From IMG/VR virus record IMGVR_UViG_2737471860_000007: a stretch of 34,316 bases of DNA, one strand, 5' to 3'. The notes under the pieces were generated by a model. It was not told the DNA's origin and ran no database searches. It saw nothing but the letters and a program-made list of their open reading frames with translations. Shown here one piece after another: positions 25,374 to 34,316 of the stretch. The position numbers were made by a program, and so were the translations under genes. How positions within the stretch are numbered: the stretch's first letter is position 1; the number at the start of each line of letters is the position of its first letter. The DNA is from a virus (taxonomy: Duplodnaviria > Heunggongvirae > Uroviricota > Caudoviricetes).

Positions 25374-25652
25374 AGTTACTCCTTTGTATCCGCATCACTC
25401 TTTCATACTCGTCATACTTCATCGCGCAGTGGCAACTTCATGAACTATGACGGGTATCGAGTTATGCTTTCCTGGGTCAAATTCTCAGCTGTTAATGAAC
25501 AAATGGCATGGATTTTAAGCAGAAAAATACCAAAAGTTATATAAAAAAGTGCATTTATCTCATTTAAATATTTAGATGAGGATGTGGCAAACGTTTGCTT
25601 TTCTCTTTCGGTCAGCTAAAATGCCCGCTTTGCTACCACGGGATTGTTTTCG

Positions 25653-27044
25653 ATGTCTGTTTCCACCCTCGAGTCAGAAAATGCGCAACCGGTTGCGCAG
25701 ACTCAAAACAGCGAACTGATTTACCGTCTTGAAGATCGTCCGCCGCTTCCTCAAACCCTGTTTGCCGCCTGTCAGCATCTGCTGGCGATGTTCGTTGCGG
25801 TGATCACGCCAGCGCTATTAATCTGCCAGGCGCTGGGTTTACCGGCACAAGACACGCAACACATTATTAGTATGTCGCTGTTTGCCTCCGGTGTGGCATC
25901 GATTATTCAAATTAAGGCCTGGGGTCCGGTTGGCTCCGGGCTGTTGTCTATTCAGGGCACCAGCTTCAACTTTGTTGCCCCGCTGATTATGGGCGGTACC
26001 GCGCTGAAAACCGGTGGTGCTGATGTTCCTACCATGATGGCGGCTTTGTTCGGCACGTTGATGCTGGCAAGTTGCACCGAGATGGTGATCTCCCGCGTTC
26101 TGCATCTGGCGCGCCGCATTATTACGCCGCTGGTTTCTGGCGTTGTGGTGATGATTATCGGCCTGTCGCTAATTCAGGTTGGGTTAACGTCCATTGGCGG
26201 CGGTTACGCAGCCATGAGCGATAACACCTTCGGCGCACCGAAAAATCTGCTGCTGGCAGGCGTGGTCTTAGCCTTAATTATCCTGCTTAACCGTCAACGT
26301 AACCCTTACTTACGCGTGGCCTCACTGGTGATTGCGATGGCGGCCGGATATGCGCTGGCGTGGTTTATGGGCATGTTGCCAGAAAGCAACGAACCGATGA
26401 CGCAAGAACTGATTATGGTGCCAACGCCGCTCTATTACGGTCTTGGCATTGAATGGAGTCTGCTGCTGCCGCTGATGCTGGTCTTTATGATCACTTCGCT
26501 GGAAACCATTGGCGATATCACGGCGACCTCTGACGTTTCCGAACAGCCAGTGTCCGGTCCGCTGTACATGAAACGCCTGAAAGGTGGCGTGCTGGCAAAC
26601 GGCCTGAACTCGTTTGTTTCGGCGGTGTTTAACACCTTCCCGAACTCCTGCTTCGGGCAAAACAACGGAGTGATCCAGTTGACTGGTGTTGCCAGCCGCT
26701 ATGTCGGTTTTGTCGTCGCGCTGATGTTGATCGTGCTGGGTCTGTTCCCGGCAGTGAGCGGTTTTGTACAACACATTCCAGAACCGGTTCTGGGCGGCGC
26801 AACGCTTGTAATGTTTGGCACCATCGCCGCCTCCGGTGTGCGTATCGTTTCTCGTGAGCCGCTGAACCGTCGGGCGATTCTGATTATCGCGCTGTCGCTG
26901 GCGGTTGGTCTGGGCGTGTCTCAGCAGCCGCTGATTTTGCAGTTTGCCCCTGAATGGCTGAAAAACCTGCTCTCCTCCGGGATCGCCGCGGGCGGTATTA
27001 CTGCCATCGTGCTGAATCTGATTTTCCCACCAGAAAAACAGTAA
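25653..27044 (+). CDS. xanP: Xanthine permease XanP (YicE), NCS2 family
   Basis: ATG at 25653 gives 463 aa [47 protein letters not shown]... The supplied ORF starts at an upstream TTG. Confidence 0.93.
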
Positions 27045-27164
27045 TTCACTGGCGGCGGTAAGATAATTACCGCCGCAGTCTCACCTCTTTCACCATTCCC
27101 GCCTTGAGGATTGCGCGTAAATCGTGCATAACTCCCTTATGTGCATTTCACGGGATGGAAGACC

Positions 27165-28874
27165 ATGAAATTTATTGGGAAGCTGCTTCTCTACATTCTC
27201 ATCGCTCTGTTAGTGGTGATCGCTGGCCTCTATTTTCTTCTGCAAACCCGCTGGGGAGCAGAACATATCAGCGCATGGGTTTCCGAGAATAGCGACTATC
27301 ATCTGGCCTTCGGGGCGATGGATCACCGTTTTTCCGCGCCATCTCATATCGTGCTGGAGAACGTCACGTTTGGCCGTGATGGCCAGCCCGCGACCCTGGT
27401 GGCAAAAAGTGTCGACATTGCGCTAAGCAGTCGGCAACTGACCGAACCACGCCATGTCGATACCATCCTGCTGGAAAACGGGACGCTGAATCTCACCGAC
27501 CAGACCGCGCCGCTACCGTTCAAAGCCGATCGTCTGCAACTGCGTGATATGGCGTTTAATAGCCCGAATAGCGAATGGAAACTGAGCGCGCAGCGGGTAA
27601 ATGGCGGCGTAGTTCCGTGGTCACCAAAAGCCGGTAAAGTGCTGGGTACGAAGGCGCAGATTCAGTTTAGTGCCGGATCGCTTTCGCTCAATGATGTTCC
27701 TGCCACCAATGTACTGATTGAAGGCAGTATTGATAACGATCGCGTTACGCTGACTAACCTGGGTGCCGACATCGCCCGCGGGACATTAACCGGAAACGCG
27801 CAGCGTAACGCCGACGGCAGCTGGCAAGTGGAAAACCTGCGCATGGCGGATATACGTCTACAAAGCGAAAAATCGCTAACCGACTTCTTTGCGCCATTAC
27901 GCTCTGTCCCGTCGTTGCAGATTGGTCGCCTGGAAGTGATCGATGCTCGTTTGCAAGGTCCGGACTGGGCGGTGACCGACCTCGATCTCAGCTTGCGCAA
28001 CATGACCTTCAGTAAAGATGACTGGCAGACACAGGAAGGCAAACTGTCGATGAACGCTAGCGAGTTCATTTATGGTTCGCTGCATTTATTTGACCCGATT
28101 ATAAACGCGGAATTTTCCCCGCAGGGCGTAGCGCTGCGCCAGTTCACCAGCCGCTGGGAAGGGGGTATGGTCAGAACGTCAGGGAACTGGCTGCGTGACG
28201 GGAAAACGTTGATCCTTGATGATGTGGCAATTGCCGGGCTGGAATATACCTTGCCGAAAAACTGGCAACAGTTGTGGATAGAAACGACACCCGGTTGGTT
28301 AAACAGCCTGCAACTGAAGAGATTTAGCGCCAGCCGCAATCTGATCATTGATATCGACCCTGACTTCCCGTGGCAGCTCACCGCGCTCGATGGTTACGGT
28401 GCCAACCTGACGCTGGTTACCGATCATAAATGGGGCGTCTGGAGTGGCTCGGCGAATCTGAATGCCGCCGCCGCGACATTCAATCGTGTTGATGTTCGTC
28501 GCCCGTCGCTGGCGCTGACCGCCAACAGCAGCACGGTGAATATCAGCGAACTGAGTGCATTTACTGAAAAAGGCATTCTGGAAGCCACCGCCAGTGTTTC
28601 ACAAACGCCACAACGTCAGACACATATCAGCCTGAATGGACGCGGTGTGCCGGTGAATATTTTGCAACAGTGGGGATGGCCTAAATTACCGTTGACTGGC
28701 GACGGCAATATTCAGCTTACCGCCAGTGGCGATATTCAGGCCAATGTCCCGTTGAAACCTACGGTTAGCGGGCAATTGCATGCCGTGAACGCCGCAAAGC
28801 AGCAAGTGACTCAAACCATGAATGCTGGCATCGTTTCCAGCGGTGAAGTTACATCGACGGAGCCGGTGCGGTAA
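27165..28874 (+). CDS. yicH: AsmA family protein YicH
   Basis: ATG at 27165 gives 569 aa MKFIGKLLLYILIALLVVIAGLYFLLQTRWGAEH... with an N-terminal membrane anchor. The supplied ORF is extended 8 codons. Confidence 0.9.
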   Translation: MKFIGKLLLYILIALLVVIAGLYFLLQTRWGAEHISAWVSENSDYHLAFGAMDHRFSAPSHIVLENVTFGRDGQPATLVAKSVDIALSSRQLTEPRHVDTILLENGTLNLTDQTAPLPFKADRLQLRDMAFNSPNSEWKLSAQRVNGGVVPWSPKAGKVLGTKAQIQFSAGSLSLNDVPATNVLIEGSIDNDRVTLTNLGADIARGTLTGNAQRNADGSWQVENLRMADIRLQSEKSLTDFFAPLRSVPSLQIGRLEVIDARLQGPDWAVTDLDLSLRNMTFSKDDWQTQEGKLSMNASEFIYGSLHLFDPIINAEFSPQGVALRQFTSRWEGGMVRTSGNWLRDGKTLILDDVAIAGLEYTLPKNWQQLWIETTPGWLNSLQLKRFSASRNLIIDIDPDFPWQLTALDGYGANLTLVTDHKWGVWSGSANLNAAAATFNRVDVRRPSLALTANSSTVNISELSAFTEKGILEATASVSQTPQRQTHISLNGRGVPVNILQQWGWPKLPLTGDGNIQLTASGDIQANVPLKPTVSGQLHAVNAAKQQVTQTMNAGIVSSGEVTSTEPVR

Positions 28875-28885
28875 ACATCAATCTC

Positions 28886-28912
28886 GCCGGGTACGACTCA
28901 GACGTACCCGGC
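28886..28912. terminator. Hairpin between convergent yicH and yicI (putative bidirectional terminator)
   Basis: Inverted repeat gccgggtacg-actcaga-cgtacccggc between the two stop codons. Confidence 0.4.
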
Positions 28913-28926
28913 ATTCCATCAATAGA

Positions 28927-31245
28927 TTACAACGTAATTGTCAGCGCATTCCCTTGAGGCTTCACCACCAGCCCCTGCTCACTTTCAGCCTGCGAACCGT
29001 CTTGCAGACCATTTACTTTCACAACATTGCGCAGGCACAGCGTCCAGTTCTTCGCCTCGCCCGCACCAGTCACAGTAATCGTGTTGCCAGTACGTGCTGC
29101 TTTTAAAGTAAAGATCACCGATCCGTCAGTAGCGGGCACTTCACAGACGGCTTCATGCCCGTCTTGCAGATTAAAGAGGTGGAATGCCGTGCCTTCGTGC
29201 CACACGTAATCGGGACGTTGATCGTTGTTGCCCAGCGCCAGTAGGGTGTTATCACGCACATAAATGGGCAGACTCAGGAAGCTGTGCTGCTGTTTATGCC
29301 AGCGACTACCGTCGAGCTCATCGTTGTGCCACAGGTGTGTCCAGCGACCTTCCGGCAGGTAGAACTGCACATCGCCCGCTTCAGTGAACACCGGCGCAAC
29401 CATCACGTTGTCGCCTAACATGTATTGACGGTCAAGGTAATCACAAGCCGGATCGTCCGGGAACTCCATCATCATGGCCCGCATCATCGGCGTACCCCGC
29501 GCGTTCGCACGCGCAGCTTCACGATACAGATACGGCATCATGCGGCATTTCAGTTGCGTGAAGAAGCGCACCACATCACAGGACTCATCATCGTAGTCCC
29601 ACGGCACACGATAAGATTTGCTACCGTGTAAACGGCTATGGCTGGAGAGCAAACCAAACGCGCACCAGCGTTTGTAAACGTGCGCCGGAGCGGTATTTTC
29701 AAAGCCGCCGATATCGTGGCTCCAGAAGCCAAAACCTGAAAGGCCAATAGACAAACCACCGCGCAGGCTTTCCGCCATTGATTCGTAGTTAGCGTAACAA
29801 TCGCCACCCCAGTGTACCGGGAATTTCTGCGCACCGACGGAGGCCGAGCGGGCAAACAAGACAGCTTCTTCCTCACCAACGGTGTCCTTGAGCACGTTCC
29901 ACACCAGTTCGTTGTAGATGTACGCATAATGGTTATGCATTTTCTGCGGATCGGAACCGTCAAACCACTGAACATCAGTTGGGATACGTTCGCCAAAGTC
30001 GGTCTTAAAGCAATCAACGCCCATCGCGACCAGACCTTTCAGTTTGTCGGCGTACCATTTGCAGGCATCCGGATTGGTAAAGTCATAAATCGCCAGACCT
30101 GGCTGCCATTTATCCCACTGCCATAGCGAACCGTCCGGGCGTTTGAGTAAATAGCCTTTCTCTTGTAACTCTTTAAAGACGGGGGATTTTTGACCGATAT
30201 AGGGGTTAATCCAGACGCAGATTTTCAGTCCTTTCGCTTTCAGGCGGCGGATCATCCCTTCCGGGTCAGGGAAAGTCAGCGGGTCCCACTCAAAATCGCA
30301 CCACTGGAAGGCTTTCATCCAGAAACAGTCAAAGTGGAAAACATGCAGCGGCAGATTGCGTTCCGCCATACCATCGATAAAGCTGTTTACCGTCGCTTCG
30401 TCGTAGTTGGTGGTAAATGAAGTGGTTAGCCACAGGCCGAAGGACCACGCGGGCGGCAGCGCCGGACGACCAGTAAAGCGGGTATAACGATCAAGTACCG
30501 CTTTCGGCGTCGGGCCGTCGATAACAAAGTATTCGAGATATTCACTCTCAACGCTGAACTGCACTTTGGAGACTTTCTCCGATCCCACTTCAAAAGAGAC
30601 ACACTGGGGATGATTGACCAGTACCCCATAACCACGGTTAGTCATGTAGAACGGGATATTTTTATACGCCTGTTCAGTACTTGTGCCGCCGTCCCGGTTC
30701 CAGGTCTCTACCGTCTGGCCATTGCGCACCAGGGCAGTAAAGCGCTCTCCCAGACCGTAAACTGTTTCGCCAACGCCAAGATCAAGCCGCTCAAACATAT
30801 AATTGCGTTGATTATTCGTGTCCTGCACGTAGCCATTATTTTTCACCTGACTACCGGTAATACGTTCGCCGTTGCGCAGAAAATCCAGTGACCAGAACTC
30901 ACCTTTGCTGACACGCGCGCTTAAGTTGCCACTTTTAAACTCAGCATAACGTTCTGTGTTTTCGATTGTGACCTTCACGTCCTGCAAAATATTGAGCGGA
31001 TAATGAGGACCGTTATTCAGCGCCCCCTGAAAATGCTCAATCCGCACACCGACAATACCTTCCTGTGGGGAGAAAAAGCGCAACGTAAATAAAGGAGTAT
31101 CAAGCTGCCAGGTACGTTCACGCACATCACGGGGGGCAGCATAGACCACCATTTCATTATCCTGCTGTTCAACCTCGAACACCTGAAGCGGGTGAATCAA
31201 ATTGAGGCCAGGTTGAATCAACCAGTTTCCATCGCTAATTTTCAT
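28927..31245 (-). CDS. yicI: Alpha-xylosidase YicI (GH31)
   Basis: 772-aa translation [41 protein letters not shown]... matches YicI; GH31 catalytic region (WINPYI..., KTDFGE) present. Confidence 0.95.
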
Positions 31246-31254
31246 TGCCGTTCC

Positions 31255-32637
31255 TTAGTTCTGCACTTCTTGAGAGGTGAATTGTTGCTGGCAACGGCGT
31301 TTACCCTGAGCCAGCTGTTCCATAACGGTTTTCAGATTGTGCGTCGTGAGTGAGTAGTAGCGTTTAGCGATAATCGCGCTCAGCAAATAACAGATCGCCG
31401 GAACAATCGTGAATAGCGCAATAATGATGCTAATCGTGGCGCTGTTCTGCGCTTTTTCTGCCGCATCATATCCGCCATAAGCCAGCATCCAGCCGATAAG
31501 AGCGCCGCCGAAGGCCAACCCCAGTTTGAGCACAAACAGCGTGCCAGCAAAACTGATCCCGGTCAGGCGTTTACCATTGCACCACTCGCCGTAGTCGACG
31601 GTATCGGACATCATTACCCACTGGATAGGTGTCACCAGTTGATGCAACACACCAATCACGAAGATGAAGACAAACATAGTGATGCTGGCCTGCATGGGAA
31701 CAAAGAACATCGCGAGGCTAATCACTGCCAGCAGGGCGTTCGTCCACCAGAAGATAGTGACTTTACATTTCCAGTCGGTCAGAGGTTTTGCCAGTGCGGA
31801 ACCAATCAGGTTACCCACGCAATAAGTGGTGAGAAAAGCGACAAACACTTCCGGCGTGCCCAAAATCCATGTGACGTAATACATCATCGCCCCACCGCGT
31901 ACGCACACCGCCAGGATATTGAAAATGGTTAGTAAACCGACAATCCGCCACTGGTCGTTTTGCCAGATATCACGTAAATCTTCCCGCATAGACGTTGTTG
32001 TAGGTGGTGCTTCAACGCGTTCTTTAGTGGTGAAGAAACAAAATGCCAGCATCATGAATGCCACCACGGAAAGGACCGCGATACCGCCCTGGAAACCGAG
32101 TGGTTTATTATCACCGCCAATTAAATTAACCAGTGGCATCATCAGAACAGTAGAAAGCATGCCTCCCGCGGTCGCCAGCACAAAACGCCAGGATTGCAGC
32201 GAGATACGCTGAGTCGGGTCATTGGTGATTACACCACCCAATGCGCAGTAAGGGATATTGACGACGGTATAAAGTAAGGTAAGTAGGGTGTAAGTAATTG
32301 CTGCATAGATCATTTTGCCGTTCATACTGAGATCTGGCGTGCTATAGGCCAGTACACAGACGATCCCGAATGGCAGTGCGCCAAACAGTACCCACGGACG
32401 AAATTTACCCCAGCGAGAGCGCGTTCGATCGGCCAACAACCCCATGCAAGGATCGGAAATCGCATCCAGTGCACGAGCGACCAAAAACATGGTTCCGACA
32501 AATCCGGCAGGAATGCCAAAAATATCGGTATAAAAGAACATCATATATAACATTACGTTATCGAAAATAATGTGGCTGGCGGCGTCTCCCATGCCATAAC
32601 CAATTTTCTCTTTAACGGACAACACTTCACTCTTCAT
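31255..32637 (-). CDS. yicJ: GPH-family sugar:cation symporter YicJ
   Basis: ATG at 32637 gives 460 aa MKSEVLSVKEKIGYGMGDAASHIIFDNVMLYMMFFYTDIFG... The supplied ORF is extended 19 codons. 9 nt upstream of yicI, so likely a yicJ-yicI operon. Confidence 0.9.
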   Translation of the reverse strand: MKSEVLSVKEKIGYGMGDAASHIIFDNVMLYMMFFYTDIFGIPAGFVGTMFLVARALDAISDPCMGLLADRTRSRWGKFRPWVLFGALPFGIVCVLAYSTPDLSMNGKMIYAAITYTLLTLLYTVVNIPYCALGGVITNDPTQRISLQSWRFVLATAGGMLSTVLMMPLVNLIGGDNKPLGFQGGIAVLSVVAFMMLAFCFFTTKERVEAPPTTTSMREDLRDIWQNDQWRIVGLLTIFNILAVCVRGGAMMYYVTWILGTPEVFVAFLTTYCVGNLIGSALAKPLTDWKCKVTIFWWTNALLAVISLAMFFVPMQASITMFVFIFVIGVLHQLVTPIQWVMMSDTVDYGEWCNGKRLTGISFAGTLFVLKLGLAFGGALIGWMLAYGGYDAAEKAQNSATISIIIALFTIVPAICYLLSAIIAKRYYSLTTHNLKTVMEQLAQGKRRCQQQFTSQEVQN

Positions 32638-32929
32638 CTGCTTTTCCTTGATGCTATAGGGGTGCTGAGACCGATAACGCATTTTGTAAACCATCCCTGT
32701 GAGAGCGAATATTCCGATATCTGGTTATTAATTTATGATTCTTGTTTTATGTGATCGTGGTAGCGTTAATTCCGCTCATATATCATTGTAAAATATGGGT
32801 TTTATATGAACTATAATGCTTTCGTGATAATACGCTGCGTGTATTAGGCGGAAAAAACTGATCTGGGGGATGTAGAAACTCAAGGAAGTAGCTATAATGC
32901 GCCCCGCCTCCATGTAGCAATCGAGGCGC

Positions 32930-33024
32930 GGAAGATCGTCGTCTCCGGTGAGGCGGCTGGACTTCAAATCCAGTTGGGGCCGCCAGCGGTCCCGGGCAGG
33001 TTCGACTCCTGTGATCTTCCGCCA
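32930..33024 (+). tRNA. selC: tRNA-Sec (selenocysteine, UCA anticodon)
   Basis: 95-nt sequence GGAAGATCGTCGTCTCCGGTGAGGCGGCTGGACTTCAAATCCAGTTGGGGCCGCCAGCGGTCCCGGGCAGGTTCGACTCCTGTGATCTTCCGCCA matches remembered E. coli selC, including the long variable arm and CCA end. A TATAAT hexamer lies at 32893-32898 upstream. Confidence 0.93.
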
Positions 33025-34316
33025 AACTTCATCCAGCCAGTTCCGAGACACTCCATAAAACCCTTTATATTCAATATGATGAATAATCATCTTATCCGTA
33101 ATAGTCCGAGAACGTCTCCCTGAATCCGCGAAAAATATGTATAGTAATGTGTATAGAATTTTTATACGCAGTTTTCAGTTATACATATGGCTCTAACCGA
33201 TATACAAATCAAACGCGCAAAACCACAAGACAAACCATATACATTGAATGATGGGCAAGGTCTGTCATTGCTTATCAATCCCGATGGCTCGAAAGGATGG
33301 CGTTTCCGTTTCCGGTTTGCAGGGAAAGCGCGGTTAATGTCATTTGGTAGTTACGACCTTGTAAGCCTCGCGGAAGCACGTGAGAAACGCGATACGGCTC
33401 GTAAGCAGGTAGCAAACGGCATAGACCCAGTTGAAGAACGTAAAGCCCAAAAGCTGGCACAGAAACTCTCAACAGAGAACTCATTCGAAGCCATATGTAG
33501 AGAATGGCACACTAACAAAGCGGATCGCTGGACAGTGGCCTACCGCGAAGAAATCATTAAAACATTTGAACAAGATGTATTCCCATTCATTGGTAAACGC
33601 CCTATAAGTGAAATCAAACCGTTAGAACTGCTTGAAGTATTGCGACGAATAGAGAAACGTGGAGCACTAGAGAAGACCAGAAAAGTGCGGCAAAGATGCG
33701 GGGAGGTCTATCGCTATGCGATCATAACTGGTCGCGCTGAATACAATCCAGCGCCTGATTTGGCTATCGCTCTGGCCGTTCCTAAGCAAGAACACCATCC
33801 TTTTTTATCTGCTGAAGAGTTACCTCATTTTATTCGGGACCTTGAAGCGTATACCGGTAGCCTTATCACCAAAAATGCTACAAAGATAGTCATGTTAACT
33901 GGTGTAAGAACACAGGAGATGCGATTTGCTACGTGGGAAGAGATTGACCTTGAGAAAGGTATATGGGAGATCCCCGCTGAACGGATGAAAATGCGTAGGC
34001 CTCATATTGTTCCTTTATCCGCTCAGGTAGTTGATCTCTTTAAACAGCTCAAGCCTATCACCTATAATTACCCATACATTTTTATTGGCAGAAACAACCG
34101 TAGCAAACCGATTTCGAAAGAAAGTGTGTCACAAGTAATTGAGTTACTTGGTTATAAAGGACGAGCTACTGGCCATGGTTTTAGACATACAATGTCGACT
34201 ATTTTACATGAGCAAGGATACGATAGTAAATGGATTGAATTACAGCTTGCACATGTAGATAAAAATTCGATACGTGGTATTTATAACCATGCGCAAGGTA
34301 GTGACTCCAACTTACT
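33025..34316 (+). mobile_element. Left end of a selC-inserted genomic island (integrase module); extent beyond window unknown
   Basis: An integrase gene in the same orientation starts 162 bp 3' of the tRNA. In the K-12 arrangement, as I recall it, selC is followed by setC/yicL instead. selC is a well-known island insertion hotspot. Confidence 0.6.
33187..34316 (+). CDS. int: Partial CDS (C-terminus beyond window): P4-family tyrosine integrase adjacent to selC
   Basis: Hand translation from ATG 33187: MALTDIQIKRAKPQDKPYTLNDGQGLSLLINPDGSKGWRFRFRFAGKARLMSFGSYDLVSLAEAREKRDTARKQVANGIDPVEE... through ...TGVRTQEMRFATWEEIDL...GRATGHGFRHTMSTILHEQGY...LQLAHVDKNSIRGIYNHAQG. Has the N-terminal arm-binding domain typical of P4-like integrases, the conserved Arg box and the H-x-x-R box. 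Open to the window end, so absent from the ORF track. AT-rich compared with flanking core genes. Confidence 0.85.
   Translation, partial: MALTDIQIKRAKPQDKPYTLNDGQGLSLLINPDGSKGWRFRFRFAGKARLMSFGSYDLVSLAEAREKRDTARKQVANGIDPVEERKAQKLAQKLSTENSFEAICREWHTNKADRWTVAYREEIIKTFEQDVFPFIGKRPISEIKPLELLEVLRRIEKRGALEKTRKVRQRCGEVYRYAIITGRAEYNPAPDLAIALAVPKQEHHPFLSAEELPHFIRDLEAYTGSLITKNATKIVMLTGVRTQEMRFATWEEIDLEKGIWEIPAERMKMRRPHIVPLSAQVVDLFKQLKPITYNYPYIFIGRNNRSKPISKESVSQVIELLGYKGRATGHGFRHTMSTILHEQGYDSKWIELQLAHVDKNSIRGIYNHAQGSDSNL

Noticed and set aside
27052-27076. Inverted repeat gcggcggtaa-gataa-ttaccgccgc after xanP
   Set aside because: Good stem but no following T-run, and yicH starts about 90 nt later. It may be a REP-like or stabilising hairpin rather than a terminator; too uncertain to annotate.
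32776-33090. Two minus-strand ORFs (104 and 80 aa) overlapping selC
   Set aside because: They run antisense through the tRNA-Sec gene and its promoter. The tRNA assignment is strong and these are not plausible proteins.

Overview
This window is an Escherichia coli-type chromosomal segment running from the LPS core (waa) locus to tRNA-Sec (selC). It is mostly conserved housekeeping genes: the end of the waaQ operon (waaQ-waaG-waaP plus family-8 glycosyltransferases), waaA-coaD, mutM, rpmB-rpmG, yicR, coaBC-dut-slmA, pyrE-rph, yicC, dinD, yicG, ligB, gmk-rpoZ-spoT-trmH-recG, gltS, xanP, yicH, yicI, yicJ and selC. Gene identities were assigned by reading the supplied translations against remembered E. 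coli proteins; no search was run. Three places look accessory rather than core. First, a 288-aa orphan ORF sits between recG and gltS, where I recall K-12 having essentially no spacer. Second, a P4-family tyrosine integrase starts 162 bp after selC and runs off the window, which is the classic left edge of a selC-inserted genomic island. Third, the waa core cluster has a non-K-12 arrangement (a GT8 gene directly after waaP). Recognisable regulatory sites include the ops/JUMPstart element in the waaQ leader, the rph-pyrE attenuator and a LexA box ahead of dinD. Many supplied ORFs are N-terminally extended by upstream TTG/GTG starts; I trimmed them to the conserved ATG (TTG for spoT). No CRISPR array, IS element or rRNA was seen.
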